64,000 bases of DNA, taken from IMG/VR virus record IMGVR_UViG_3300050821_014397; one strand, given 5' to 3'. This document shows positions 1 through 9,339 of this stretch, in pieces. The number at the start of each line of letters is the position of its first letter. Position 1 is the stretch's first letter. Source of the DNA: an uncultured virus (IMG/VR IMGVR_UViG_3300050821_014397). Lineage: Duplodnaviria > Heunggongvirae > Uroviricota > Caudoviricetes. The translations under genes and the position numbers were made by a program. The notes beneath the pieces are model-generated. The model had not been told where the DNA came from, did not search any database, and was given only the letters and a program-made list of their open reading frames with translations.

Positions 1-1
1 C

Positions 2-775
2 TGGGAGGTAATCGAGCTGCCCGCGATCCTGCCGTCTGGCGATGCGCTCTTCCCGCAGTTCTGGTCGGTCGAGGAGCTGCGCGCCACGCGCGCCACCATG
101 CCGGTGACGCGCTGGATGGCGAACTACCAGCAGTCGCCGGTGTCGGAGGAGGCGGCCATCATCAAGCGCGAATGGTGGAAGGACTGGAAGAAGGAGGAGC
201 CGCCCGCCTGCGACTTTGTGGTGCAGAGCTGGGACACGGCGTTCAGCGAGAAGGAGAGCGCCAACCACTCGGCCTGCATCACCTGGGGCGTGTTCCGCTA
301 CCACACCCACGACGAGCCGCCGCGCACCATGACCGGCGTCATCCTGCTCGACGCCTACGAGGCGCGCATCGAGTTCCCCGAGCTGAAGAAGAAGGCCAAG
401 GAGCTGTACGAGAAGTGGAAGCCGGACTCGCTCGTGATCGAGAAGAAGGCCACCGGCCAGCCGCTCACCCAGGAGCTGTACCGCGCCGGGATCTACGTGT
501 GCGAGATGAGCGTCTCGCGCTCTAACGACAAGGTGACGCGCACCAATGCGGTGGCCGATCTGTTCAGCTCCGGCGTCATCTGGGCTCCGCTCGGCCTGCG
601 CTGGGTCGAGCAGGTGCGCAACCAGATGGCGGCCTTCCCTATCGCCCAGGACGACGACCTGCACGACGCCGCCGTGTGGGGCCTGCTGCGCCTGCGGCAG
701 GGCAACCTGATCCACCTGGGGACGGACTTCGAGGAGGACGGGTGGCAGCCCCGGCCCGCCACGAAATATTATTGA
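2..775 (+). CDS. terL: Terminase large subunit, C-terminal nuclease part (5' truncated by window edge)
   Basis: Frame open from base 2 (WEVIELPAILPSG..FW); VQSWDTAF, LVIEKKATG, DKVTR and F..AQDDDLHDA motifs of the Terminase_6C RNase H-like domain. Confidence 0.9.
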   Translation, partial: WEVIELPAILPSGDALFPQFWSVEELRATRATMPVTRWMANYQQSPVSEEAAIIKREWWKDWKKEEPPACDFVVQSWDTAFSEKESANHSACITWGVFRYHTHDEPPRTMTGVILLDAYEARIEFPELKKKAKELYEKWKPDSLVIEKKATGQPLTQELYRAGIYVCEMSVSRSNDKVTRTNAVADLFSSGVIWAPLGLRWVEQVRNQMAAFPIAQDDDLHDAAVWGLLRLRQGNLIHLGTDFEEDGWQPRPATKYY

Positions 776-777
776 AG

Positions 778-978
778 ATGAAGCGCACGCTCAGATTGGT
801 GCCAGTCCGCGACGTCTGCTGTATTTACTGCGGCGGCCCTGCCGTGTACAGTGCGGAGTCGCGCTGGGGGGACAATCTGCGCGTGCGGGCGCTCTGCGAG
901 ATTCACGGGCGCGCGTTTGCCATCCGCTGGGATGTCGAGCTGCCGGAGCCGCCGAGGAGGGAACAATGGGCCGTCTGA
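778..978 (+). CDS. Small hypothetical protein with CxxC...CxxH
   Basis: ATG just after terL stop; MKRTLRLVPVRDVCCIYCGG...LCEIH. Confidence 0.5.
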   Translation: MKRTLRLVPVRDVCCIYCGGPAVYSAESRWGDNLRVRALCEIHGRAFAIRWDVELPEPPRREQWAV

Positions 979-1403
979 CGATTCTGATGGGTGCGCCGGG
1001 CTCCGGCAAATCAACCTGGGCCGGGGGCCGCGACGGGCGCGGCGAGGTGGTCTCGACCGAGGGGGCGCGCGTCGATCCCGGCGCGGCGGGCGAGGTGATG
1101 AGCACGGCCTACCGGCGCATCAAGGAGCTGCTGGCCAACGACGAGCACGTCATCTTCGACACCTGCGCCGCCAGCCCGGGTGCGCGCAAGGCGGCGCTCA
1201 AGATCGCCCGCGAGCACAGCGCGGAGGTCGATGTGACCGTGTTCGACACGCCGGTCGAGGACTGCCTCGAGGCGCAGCGTACGCGCGAGCACCCGGTGCC
1301 GGACGAGACCGTGCGCCGCTACCATGCCGACATCCGCCGCCAGATTCCCGCGCTGGCCAGCGAGGGTTTTCGCCGCGTAAAAATCATTCGCCGGGCGCGG
1401 TGA
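966..1403 (+). CDS. P-loop kinase (AAA_33 / polynucleotide-kinase-like)
   Basis: N-terminal ILMGAPGSGKSTW Walker A, VIFD Walker B, R..R...VP lid. Confidence 0.8.
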   Translation: MGRLTILMGAPGSGKSTWAGGRDGRGEVVSTEGARVDPGAAGEVMSTAYRRIKELLANDEHVIFDTCAASPGARKAALKIAREHSAEVDVTVFDTPVEDCLEAQRTREHPVPDETVRRYHADIRRQIPALASEGFRRVKIIRRAR

Positions 1404-1620
1404 CTTCCTGATCGCGGCACTGGGTGCAGAGCACTCTGCCGCCCGCCAGCTCGATCCGCCCGAACAGCATCACGCGGTGGCCGCATTCGAGAACGGCGTA
1501 ATGACCCACGCGCGTCTCGGGAATCGGGCCAACGGTCTCCACGATGAGTTTGTGGTGACGCGAGGCGCGCGGCTCCTCGTCGGGCTCCAGGTACGCGCCG
1601 CCGCCGAGCGGGATCTTCAC
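1384..1620 (-). CDS. Hypothetical protein (LECGH...CxxC zinc ribbon-like)
   Basis: GTGA overlap with upstream stop; Cys/His pattern. Confidence 0.5.
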   Translation of the reverse strand: MKIPLGGGAYLEPDEEPRASRHHKLIVETVGPIPETRVGHYAVLECGHRVMLFGRIELAGGRVLCTQCRDQEVTAPGE

Positions 1621-1868
1621 ACTTCCCCCAGATACTCGTAGATCTTCATCGGCTCGCCGGTGTTGTCGGTGATCTGCTCCAGGTCGGGGCCAGTGCGCTG
1701 CGCCATAAAGTCCATGCGCAAGACGCCGGACGTGAACAGAACGTAGGCCTTCGTCACCTCGGCCACCCACATGGTGGATAGCATCGGGACGTTGGCCTTC
1801 GCCAGCACCACCACCGTGCGCCATTTCAACTCGCTGACTTTCAGTTCGCGGCCAATCTCGTTGTTCAT
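1617..1868 (-). CDS. Hypothetical protein
   Basis: Coupled overlaps, phage-like codon usage. Confidence 0.6.
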   Translation of the reverse strand: MNNEIGRELKVSELKWRTVVVLAKANVPMLSTMWVAEVTKAYVLFTSGVLRMDFMAQRTGPDLEQITDNTGEPMKIYEYLGEV

Positions 1869-2512
1869 TGGATCTTTTCGTCCTCGTCCTTCTCCTCGGG
1901 CTCGTCGTCGCCGTCGAACTTGACCACCTGAAGGCCTATGAGCTTGGCGATGGGGCTACGCAGGAGGCTCTCGAGCCGCCGCTGCGCTTTGGTTTTTGGG
2001 CTCTCGGTTTTGACGACGACGTACCCGGCCCGCAGGCCCAGGCATTCCGCCGCGTACAGAGACGGCGGATCGATGTCGCGGATCTCCTGCCAGACTATGT
2101 TGCGGAGCAGGTCTTCCATGCTTTCGAGCTGGGCGATCTTGGGGAGGGCGGCGTCCTTTTCCTGCTCCGTAATGGCGACGAATTTCGCCTCGAAGGTAGC
2201 GAGCGAACCACGCTTGTCGTACTCGTGAGCCAGAGCCCAGAGCCGCTGGATGTCAGGCCGGTCGAGCACGGTCAGGACCTGCTCTTCCCCTTCCTGAACG
2301 GACATCAGGCTGGCAGTGGCTGCGGCCATTTGCTCCGGGGTCACGAGCGCTGCCTCGCGGGCCAGCCGCTCAAGTAAGTTCATCGTCGTAGCTCCTCTCT
2401 GTGCGTCATCGATCAGGCGCTGTATCTCGCAATCACTCTTGTGCTCAGTTGCACCGCCCATCAAGTAGACGCCGCAGCTGTAGCAGTGTGTCGGTAACTC
2501 GAAGGTGCTCAC
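1865..2512 (-). CDS. Hypothetical protein (possible internal start at 2383)
   Basis: ORF; strong SD AGAGGAG-CTACGACG-ATG at 2383. Confidence 0.6.
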   Translation of the reverse strand: MSTFELPTHCYSCGVYLMGGATEHKSDCEIQRLIDDAQRGATTMNLLERLAREAALVTPEQMAAATASLMSVQEGEEQVLTVLDRPDIQRLWALAHEYDKRGSLATFEAKFVAITEQEKDAALPKIAQLESMEDLLRNIVWQEIRDIDPPSLYAAECLGLRAGYVVVKTESPKTKAQRRLESLLRSPIAKLIGLQVVKFDGDDEPEEKDEDEKIQ

Positions 2513-2751
2513 TTACGTTTCTCCGCCTGCGCCGTTTCGTAGAGCGCCATCTCGATCACCTGGATCGTCGCCGACTTACCCTTGGGAAACCACTCCGGCT
2601 TGTCGTCGGCCACGCGCAACTGGAAGCACACCCAGGCCCACTGCTCGGGTATGCTGCCGATGCCTTCGAAGAACAGTTCGTCGCCGTGCTGGTACTTGGC
2701 CCATTCGATCAGGCCGTCGGCGGCGGTCATGCTGAGCTTGTTAATCTTCAT
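2509..2751 (-). CDS. Hypothetical protein
   Basis: MKINKLSM..., overlapping stop/start. Confidence 0.55.
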   Translation of the reverse strand: MKINKLSMTAADGLIEWAKYQHGDELFFEGIGSIPEQWAWVCFQLRVADDKPEWFPKGKSATIQVIEMALYETAQAEKRK

Positions 2752-2969
2752 TGGCAGGGTGCTCCGCGTTCCGATGGCGCGATCCGCGCCACCTCGTGAC
2801 CGCATTGGTGACAGGAGATGATCAGATGGCCGAGCGACTTCTCGTAGCGCACGTCCACGCCGCGATGGCGGTGACAGGCGGAGTGCAGGAAGATCACCTC
2901 GTGGTCATGAGCGCAATTCGGCACGGCGCACCGGGCGGTGTCCAGGTCGGCTTTTGCGAGGATCTTCAT
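2748..2969 (-). CDS. Cys/His-rich hypothetical protein
   Basis: C..PNC.HDH...SACH...CHQCG. Confidence 0.6.
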   Translation of the reverse strand: MKILAKADLDTARCAVPNCAHDHEVIFLHSACHRHRGVDVRYEKSLGHLIISCHQCGHEVARIAPSERGAPCQ

Positions 2970-3220
2970 CAAAACTCTCCCGTCTCGATGTCGTGACGCA
3001 TGGCATGCAGGCCGCTCTCGAGCACCCGCGCGCGGTCGCGCGTTTTCTGCTGCACCTTCGCCATGACGAGCAACACCAACACATTGCAAAACCAGATGCC
3101 GCAGGTCAGCGCGATGAACCAGTTATGGCGGTACAGGTTCAGGAAAACCGTAAACAGGTTGCCCACCGCGAGGCCCTGCAGGAGCCAGCGCACGAATTCG
3201 ATGTCGCGATCATATTCCAT
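2969..3220 (-). CDS. Small membrane protein
   Basis: Two hydrophobic segments. Confidence 0.55.
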   Translation of the reverse strand: MEYDRDIEFVRWLLQGLAVGNLFTVFLNLYRHNWFIALTCGIWFCNVLVLLVMAKVQQKTRDRARVLESGLHAMRHDIETGEF

Positions 3221-3414
3221 CAGTCGTCCGGCTCCTGGGTCTGTTTGAAGCTCCACTGGATCAGCTCCATGATGGTCGAGTTACTGAACACTTTGCCGGG
3301 CGGCTGGCGCACGGCCCAGGCGGCGGCCAGCTCGTCGAGCGCCCGGTGCAGTTCGATGTGGCGCTCGCGGCGGCGCTTGTTGGTCATCTTGCGAAACTCG
3401 CTTTGCAGTTTCAT
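3220..3414 (-). CDS. Hypothetical protein
   Basis: MKLQSEFRK..., coupled to neighbours. Confidence 0.5.
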   Translation of the reverse strand: MKLQSEFRKMTNKRRRERHIELHRALDELAAAWAVRQPPGKVFSNSTIMELIQWSFKQTQEPDD

Positions 3415-3650
3415 TTCCTTAAATGTTCGCTCATCAGCTGGCTCATGCGCTCCGCCTCTTTCCGGGCGGCCTCTTCCGGCGCGCGCATCATCCGGGCGAG
3501 CTGCATCAGGCTCTCGACGTACTTGTCCGTCATCGAGACCAGCATGTCGGAGATCATCGATAACTGGATCTCGGCAAACTCCATCAGGCGCGCCTCGACC
3601 ACCTTGTCCACCACCTCGCGAACCTGCATCTTTTCTTTCTCGGTGAGCAT
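3411..3650 (-). CDS. Hypothetical helical protein
   Basis: ORF with typical codon usage. Confidence 0.6.
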   Translation of the reverse strand: MLTEKEKMQVREVVDKVVEARLMEFAEIQLSMISDMLVSMTDKYVESLMQLARMMRAPEEAARKEAERMSQLMSEHLRK

Positions 3651-3872
3651 TCACCGCTCTTCCACAAACGGCACGATGGTCAGCCGGTGCCCGTGATGCT
3701 TGTCGGTTTCGTAGCTGCACCCGGGAAGGTGCAGCCAGTAGAATTCATCGCAGCTGCGGCAGTAGTCTTTCGCCACGTGGCAATCGCAACCCGGCATGTG
3801 CCAGCCGAAGCCGGAGAACGAGCATGCCATGGAGAGCAGCTCCGCAACCTGTCGGTCTTCGAGAAATGGCAT
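3651..3872 (-). CDS. Cys/His-rich hypothetical protein
   Basis: WHMPGC and LHLPGC internal repeat, CxxC. Confidence 0.55.
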   Translation of the reverse strand: MPFLEDRQVAELLSMACSFSGFGWHMPGCDCHVAKDYCRSCDEFYWLHLPGCSYETDKHHGHRLTIVPFVEER

Positions 3873-4100
3873 TCAGCTTTCCTTCGCCAATTCATAGCAC
3901 GACGGGCAGAAGCTCAGGTCGCCCACCTGGGGTGAGCTTCTGCCGCCCAGCAGCAAGGGCTCGTGCCCGCACTCGAGCTTGACCTCGTGGATGTTGGACA
4001 CGATGGGAATGGGGCGGCAGACGGCCAGGACGCGCCGCAGGAAGCGCGGGTCGGCGGTCAGCGGGTCGTCGGTGCGGTAGATGACCGGCTCGTCCGTCAT
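3873..4100 (-). CDS. Hypothetical protein (LECGH...CPSC)
   Basis: Same motif pattern as 1384-1620. Confidence 0.6.
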   Translation of the reverse strand: MTDEPVIYRTDDPLTADPRFLRRVLAVCRPIPIVSNIHEVKLECGHEPLLLGGRSSPQVGDLSFCPSCYELAKES

Positions 4101-4411
4101 TGCGTCACTCCCGGCTGCCAGAAGATGGTGGTCTTCAGTTCAGGATGGTCGAGCTTGCGCTGGACGCGCATGCCCAGCCGGAAGCACATGCGCGCCATCT
4201 GGTAGACGTAGTCGGGCAGCACCGTGCCGATGGGCACGCGATGCGCTCCGGCGATGTCGGCCACATACGAAGGCAGCTTCTGGTCGATCTGCTGGTATTC
4301 CTCGTAGATCGCGTGCCGCATCATGATGTCGAACTCGGCGTTGTCCCTCGCCTCGTAGCACTCCTCGTTGTACTCCTCGGTGACGGCCTCTATCGCCTCG
4401 GCGATGTTCAT
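4097..4411 (-). CDS. Hypothetical protein
   Basis: SD GGAGG, ORF. Confidence 0.65.
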   Translation of the reverse strand: MNIAEAIEAVTEEYNEECYEARDNAEFDIMMRHAIYEEYQQIDQKLPSYVADIAGAHRVPIGTVLPDYVYQMARMCFRLGMRVQRKLDHPELKTTIFWQPGVTQ

Positions 4412-4695
4412 GGCGTCGTGCCTCCCTTCTGATCGACGATCTGGCGCACCAGCCAGACGAATGCGCGCAGGATCTGGTCCAGCCGCCCTGGCGGCAGGGC
4501 GGGCTGCAGCTGCAAGTTTAACGCGCGCGTGGAATTCTCCGGGTGCTTGCGCATGTAGCGGTCCCAGGCCTGATGGGCGACCGGCCCGGGGGAGTCGCCT
4601 TCGGCGGCGAACAGCAGGGCGTCGGGGTGGGCGAACTCTTCCACGTGGATCGAATGCTCTTCGAGCGTAGCCGTGACGTTCACTCTACACAGCAT
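4408..4695 (-). CDS. Hypothetical protein
   Basis: SD AGAGGAG before MLCRVNV. Confidence 0.55.
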   Translation of the reverse strand: MLCRVNVTATLEEHSIHVEEFAHPDALLFAAEGDSPGPVAHQAWDRYMRKHPENSTRALNLQLQPALPPGRLDQILRAFVWLVRQIVDQKGGTTP

Positions 4696-4738
4696 GGTGT
4701 GTCTCCTCTTCGCTTCTCTTGTAACCCGGTTGGTGTAA

Positions 4739-5083
4739 CTAGGCAGCGCCAGCGCTTCGGTGGACGACGCGCAGCTTGCGCTTCTGCCGCTGCTTGGGGG
4801 CGCGCGGGTCCGCGAAGCCGTAGGCCACATAGTCGAAGTAGCGGGTCAGGGGCTGCGAGGGGTCGTGCCGCCGGATCTCGGTGTGGTGGAGCAGGTCCCA
4901 GGCCTTGCGGCCCTCCGGGGTGAGATGGAAGCCGTAGCCGGGCCGGTAGGCCAGCCAGTCGCGGATCAGGAAGCTGCGGAAGCCGCGCTGGTCGAACTCC
5001 ATGGCCTTCTCGATGGTGACGAACTTCTGCCCGACCAGATAGCGTAACAGCGGCAGCTGGTAGTTACTAACAGTGGTGCTCAT
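4739..5083 (-). CDS. Winged-helix-like hypothetical protein
   Basis: FHLTPEGRKAW wing motif. Confidence 0.55.
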   Translation of the reverse strand: MSTTVSNYQLPLLRYLVGQKFVTIEKAMEFDQRGFRSFLIRDWLAYRPGYGFHLTPEGRKAWDLLHHTEIRRHDPSQPLTRYFDYVAYGFADPRAPKQRQKRKLRVVHRSAGAA

Positions 5084-5526
5084 GCGGCGGCCTCTTCGTC
5101 CGTTTTAGCATGCTTCGCCCGCTTCCGCCCGCGCTGCATACTGCGCAGCAACGCCTGTTTCTTGGCGTCGGACATCCCGTCCCAGCGCTTCCTGGCACCG
5201 GCACTCTTCTTCTCCGCGCGCCGCTTGGCCACGCTCACCTCGATGCGCCGCGCCATCTCGCGTCTGCGCGCCTCGGGGTCGGCTGGCCAGCCGGACTTTC
5301 TGACCGCCAGCAGCGTGACCTTCGGCAGCTTCTCCTCCTTCGGCACCTTCGGGGGCCGTCCCATCTTCTTGCGCTCCGGCTTGTTCTCCTCGGGTCCGCG
5401 CTCGTTTGCGAGATCGGCGTAAAAAGTCTCCAAGAGATCAATCGCCAGCCTTACCCCGTAGCGCGCGACGGTGCGCGTCAGCTCGGGAGGTAAGTTCTTG
5501 AGTAAGTCGTTTAAGTTCCCTTGCAT
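5080..5526 (-). CDS. Basic protein with AT-hook-like KMGRPPK
   Basis: ORF just downstream of a consensus promoter. Confidence 0.6.
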   Translation of the reverse strand: MQGNLNDLLKNLPPELTRTVARYGVRLAIDLLETFYADLANERGPEENKPERKKMGRPPKVPKEEKLPKVTLLAVRKSGWPADPEARRREMARRIEVSVAKRRAEKKSAGARKRWDGMSDAKKQALLRSMQRGRKRAKHAKTDEEAAA

Positions 5527-5612
5527 CGGTTCGTGTCCTTTCGTGGAAATCCCCGCCACGAATCCGTTTTTGGCCCACCCGTTCGATTAATCCTTCGGCC
5601 AATATGCTGGCG

Positions 5613-5641
5613 ATTATAGATCCGGTTTTTAAGAATGACAA
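5613..5641 (-). promoter_or_regulatory. Sigma70-type promoter
   Basis: TTGTCA-17 nt-TATAAT on minus strand in an AT-rich intergenic gap. Confidence 0.75.
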
Positions 5642-5695
5642 GTTTATTCTTTTTTTCCTACAAACATTCTAGGGACTCTACCGTACCGGGCGATT

Positions 5696-5950
5696 TCACA
5701 CGCCGGGCTCAGTTACTTCGTCCGGTTTCGCTTTCAGGTTGAGCGTGATGACTCCGGCCCGGCGGCAGCAGTCGAAGTACCGGTCGGCGGCGCGCTGCAT
5801 GCTGCTTGCGCCGCAGAAGCAGCGCTTGGCGGTGCGCGGCGTCTGCGCGGCCCGGCGCTGGTGTTCCTTGCGCTCGGCGGGCGTCACGCCCTTCCAGCGC
5901 TGCTCCGCCATCATGCGCGCGGCGAGGTTGATGGTTTTTTCTTTCTTCAT
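5696..5950 (-). CDS. Small basic Cys protein, paralog 1
   Basis: RWKGV...RCFCG...AADRYFDCCRRAGV. Confidence 0.7.
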   Translation of the reverse strand: MKKEKTINLAARMMAEQRWKGVTPAERKEHQRRAAQTPRTAKRCFCGASSMQRAADRYFDCCRRAGVITLNLKAKPDEVTEPGV

Positions 5951-6120
5951 TTGGTTCCTGATTTCTTTGTGCGTTCCGGCTCGGCGATCTGCCCTTGCGT
6001 CGTATCGGCGGCGGCAGCCCCGGTCGGCGGCCACACTTGCACCCACGACCCTTGACGCCACACGAACCGGCGGCCATCGGAGCAGACCACCTGACCGTTG
6101 AAGCTCAACTCACATTCCAT
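5947..6120 (-). CDS. Hypothetical protein (not in ORF track)
   Basis: MECELSFNGQVVCSDGRRFVW..., overlaps neighbours at both ends. Confidence 0.5.
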   Translation of the reverse strand: MECELSFNGQVVCSDGRRFVWRQGSWVQVWPPTGAAAADTTQGQIAEPERTKKSGTK

Positions 6121-6344
6121 CACTTACTCCCCGATTTCTTGCGATAGACTCCGGCGCGCTTGCAGCAATCAAACCCGCGCTGGGCGGCGGAGTGCAGCGT
6201 GTACTTGCCGCACCGGCAGCGCTTCTCTTTCGAGCGCGGCCTGCCGCCGCCGTTCGCCCGGATGGCCTTCATCTGGCGCGAGCGGGCGCGCTGGCTTACG
6301 CCCTCCCAGCGCGCCTTGCCTGCGGCCTGCTTCTCCTCGTTCAT
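6120..6344 (-). CDS. Small basic Cys protein, paralog 2
   Basis: RWEGV...RCRCG...AAQRGFDCCKRAGV. Confidence 0.7.
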   Translation of the reverse strand: MNEEKQAAGKARWEGVSQRARSRQMKAIRANGGGRPRSKEKRCRCGKYTLHSAAQRGFDCCKRAGVYRKKSGSK

Positions 6345-6520
6345 CGGTGCTTCCTTTCCTGGCACTCGTCGCACCAGCTCCCATGCGAGCACTTATGCGG
6401 GCGCAGGCAGGTTGTAGCGATCCCCGCTATGCCGAGATCACGGGTCTTGATGGCGCTCGATTTCAACGCCACCGTTCTGCCGCACTTGTCACACCTCCAC
6501 GTCGGTATCGTTCGCGTCAT
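6341..6520 (-). CDS. Small zinc-finger-like protein (not in ORF track)
   Basis: MTRTIPTWRCDKCGR...HKCSHGSWCDEC; ATGA overlaps. Confidence 0.5.
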   Translation of the reverse strand: MTRTIPTWRCDKCGRTVALKSSAIKTRDLGIAGIATTCLRPHKCSHGSWCDECQERKHR

Positions 6521-6738
6521 GCGCTATGCGCCTCCACCCGCCGTTCAAACTCGATCCGCCCGCGCGTCTCGCTACTGCAGGGCTTGCGCGAGATCTCGAC
6601 CTCGTTCTGGTAGCCGTACAGATGCCAGCCCGGCTTTTTCTCGGGTGTGCGCCACAGTTCGTAGTACCTTCCATTGACCGGCGAGGAGACCGCGATCCGG
6701 CGCGTCACCTCGGGCTTACCGTCGTCAAAGCTCGTCAT
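6517..6738 (-). CDS. Hypothetical protein
   Basis: SD GAGGAG before MTSFDDG. Confidence 0.55.
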   Translation of the reverse strand: MTSFDDGKPEVTRRIAVSSPVNGRYYELWRTPEKKPGWHLYGYQNEVEISRKPCSSETRGRIEFERRVEAHSA

Positions 6739-6955
6739 GGGTCTCCTCGTCGCCACCGTCTTCCTCGTCCTCCCCGCCGTTCTTCAGCGCCTGCAGGTAT
6801 GCCGCGATCCCGCTCAGCAGGGCCTCGCGTGCGTTGCGCTCCCGCTGGTCCAGGCGCTTCTGCTGTTTGCGCGTGGCTTCGATGTCCAGCATAGCCAGCT
6901 CCAGGTTGTGCGTCAGGGCCTGGAGCCGCTCGTCAATCGTCGGCTGTTCGTCCAT
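6725..6955 (-). CDS. Small coiled-coil protein (TIDERLQAL type)
   Basis: TIDERLQALTHNLEL N-terminus; resembles small proteins I associate with Acidobacteria. Confidence 0.6.
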   Translation of the reverse strand: MDEQPTIDERLQALTHNLELAMLDIEATRKQQKRLDQRERNAREALLSGIAAYLQALKNGGEDEEDGGDEETHDEL

Positions 6956-7178
6956 CTTCGTCTCTCCCTTGCTCGTTAATTTCATTTTCCCAGAAAATGA
7001 GTACTTCCGTCCGCACGCCGCCCAGGCCGCCCAGCCCGGCGGCCCAGCGCGTCAGGTTCCCTAGCGGCTGGCCGATGAAGCGGCGCACGATGGGGGCGGC
7101 CTCGGTGATCACGCCATCCTCGTCGGCGGCCACGCGCACCGTGAACTTGGCGCAGGACACCCAGTAGGCGCGCATCAT
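6933..7178 (-). CDS. Hypothetical protein
   Basis: ORF coupled to neighbours. Confidence 0.5.
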   Translation of the reverse strand: MMRAYWVSCAKFTVRVAADEDGVITEAAPIVRRFIGQPLGNLTRWAAGLGGLGGVRTEVLIFWENEINEQGRDEDGRTADD

Positions 7179-8860
7179 TCCGCTCCAATCAAACAGGGTT
7201 CAAGCCAAATGATCTTGCGCTCCTTGCGGCCCACTCCGACCGGCTGGTTGCGGTAGTGACCCCGACGCCAGTGCAGGCGCGGGCTCGCGTGCGTGCCGGT
7301 CGCGCGCGCGCCGGTCACGAACTGGCCGTCGGCGATGCGCGCCACCTCGCGCTTGAACTTGTACCGCGCCCCGATCACGTTGGGGGTCCAGAACTCGCGC
7401 GCCTTCTCGGCCTTGCCGACGCGCTTCACCAGCTTGCCCTTCTCGACCAGCTGGGGCCGGGCGTTCATGGCCAGGATGGTGCCGAACAGGATCACGCCCA
7501 TTTTCTCCAGAAACTCACTGTCCAGCTCGGTCAGGTCGGAGTCCATGAAGTTGCTCTTCTCGACCTTGGGCGCGGCTTCGCCGGGCGCGCGGTAGAACAG
7601 GTTGTTGAGGCGCAGGGTGCGCCGCCGGTTGGCCGTCAGGATCGAGTCGTACCAGATCATCGTGTCCGGGCACGCGCCCAGCATGACGAAACTGTCGTTG
7701 GGCAGGACCGACGCCGGGATGCCGGGCCAGGGCGACGGGTTGTCACCCTTCCTGACCCGCGACCACATCAGCATGGCCACCTCGCCGTCCTTGGGATGCA
7801 CCAGCGCGCCTTTGGGGAGCATCAGCATGCCGCTCTCGTAAGGCAGGTCCAGGTCCAGCCAGTCGATGTCGTTGTCGAAGTCGGTGCGCAGCACGGCCTC
7901 GAGCAGGTCCGGGGCCAGGAAGAACATCGGCATGCGGTGCTCCCGCATGTAGGCGAGGCCGGGCATCATCAGCCGGTAGGCGGTGGCGCTCCGGTGATAG
8001 CCGTAGCGCAGCATCTCGGCCACCACGTTCGCGATCATGACCGCCATGTTGCGCGGCGAGTGGTAGCGCCCGGTGTGCTCGTAGACCTTCGGATAGAAGG
8101 CCCGGATCATGCCGGGGAAGGCCTCCTCCAGTATGTCCTCGACCGCCTTGAGGATCGGCCTGCCGGTGATCTGGCGGATCAGGTCCTTGGCGTCCTCGTT
8201 CAACTCCTGGGCCTGCTTGTGGAGATCGGGGTCGCCCCCACGCCCAGGCAAGCCAGCGACGAGGTCGTCACGCTGCTTGGCGGTGCGCTGGATCTTGGCG
8301 GCCAGCGGGAGGTCGCGCACTTCGTTGGCGTCCCTGGCCACCCGCCGCTCGTCGAGCACGCGCACCTTGCCCGCGCCGCTCTCGCGCTGGTCGAGCGGCT
8401 CATGGATGAGCGAAGCGATCCCGGCGATCATGCCGTCCAGCGTCTCCAGCTCGGCAGCGAACTCGCCGGACGGGAGCAGTTCGCGCCGCAGGGCGACGGC
8501 TTCCGCGCCCGCCTTCGCGAGCCACGCCTGGATCTGCGCTTCCGTCGCTGGCGTAATCGGGTCGATGTCGGCTACGATGGCGCGGTTCTCACTAGACAGG
8601 GCGAACGCAACCTTCTCCATCGTCTCCGTCAGGTTCGTGATGAACCGGAGCGTCTCCTTGCGCGCGAATTGGAGCACGACGGGATAGACCTGATGTACAG
8701 AGCCCTTGAGCTTGAGGCCGCCCTCGTTGAGTTCCCCCTTGAGTTCCCCCATGAACTCCACCCGCTCGTCACCCCGGCCTGCGGCGATGAGCGCCTTCAG
8801 GCTGGTCACGATATCGCCCATCGCCGTGCCGTCTTCGATGATGTGGATCTGGTCGGTCAT
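7175..8860 (-). CDS. Large hypothetical protein with C-terminal PRLHWRRGHYR motif
   Basis: HASPRLHWRRGHYRNQ..IIW motif seen in many uncharacterised phage proteins. Confidence 0.75.
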   Translation of the reverse strand: MTDQIHIIEDGTAMGDIVTSLKALIAAGRGDERVEFMGELKGELNEGGLKLKGSVHQVYPVVLQFARKETLRFITNLTETMEKVAFALSSENRAIVADIDPITPATEAQIQAWLAKAGAEAVALRRELLPSGEFAAELETLDGMIAGIASLIHEPLDQRESGAGKVRVLDERRVARDANEVRDLPLAAKIQRTAKQRDDLVAGLPGRGGDPDLHKQAQELNEDAKDLIRQITGRPILKAVEDILEEAFPGMIRAFYPKVYEHTGRYHSPRNMAVMIANVVAEMLRYGYHRSATAYRLMMPGLAYMREHRMPMFFLAPDLLEAVLRTDFDNDIDWLDLDLPYESGMLMLPKGALVHPKDGEVAMLMWSRVRKGDNPSPWPGIPASVLPNDSFVMLGACPDTMIWYDSILTANRRRTLRLNNLFYRAPGEAAPKVEKSNFMDSDLTELDSEFLEKMGVILFGTILAMNARPQLVEKGKLVKRVGKAEKAREFWTPNVIGARYKFKREVARIADGQFVTGARATGTHASPRLHWRRGHYRNQPVGVGRKERKIIWLEPCLIGAE

Positions 8861-9162
8861 GTCAGTCCTCGTCCTCCAGTTTTTCAATCGCCATCTGCAC
8901 GTTGTAGCGGGCATCCCGCAGATGCCCCAGCGCTTTCTTTGCGTCGAGGGCCAGGGCGGCGGCGGTCAGTTCCACCAGCGCCGCCTCCGCGTCCCGTCTC
9001 CATCGGTTGTCACTCATGTCAGTAGTCCTCCCCCACTTCCTAGCCGGATCACGTAATACCGGAACAGGCTCCATAACAGCAATCCGACTTCGGGTAATGT
9101 ACGCTTGTCCCAGCCTTCCGATTCAGCCACACGAACGATGGCCGCGCGGATGTCGCCGGTCA

Positions 9163-9339
9163 TCAGTAGTCCTCCTCGATTGGCTCGTCATGCCAGTAAT
9201 TGCCGTCGGTGAAGATGTCGGGCCGGAACCCGGCCCGCTTCTTCGTCTCGCACCGCGCGCACACAAACGCGCAGAAGATGCCGCGCGCGTCGTACAGTTC
9301 CTGCCGGGGCAGGCCGCTTCCGCAGGGACAGGGCTTCAC
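9163..9339 (-). CDS. Small SEC-C-like (CPCGSG) protein (not in ORF track)
   Basis: GTG-KPCPCGSG...YDARGIFCAFVCARCE. Confidence 0.6.
   Translation of the reverse strand: MKPCPCGSGLPRQELYDARGIFCAFVCARCETKKRAGFRPDIFTDGNYWHDEPIEEDY

Noticed and set aside
7256..9025. Long plus-strand ORF, and similar shadows such as 38403-40199, 53959-55473 and 58724-60823
   Set aside because: Antisense shadows of GC-rich genes that have recognisable motifs on the other strand
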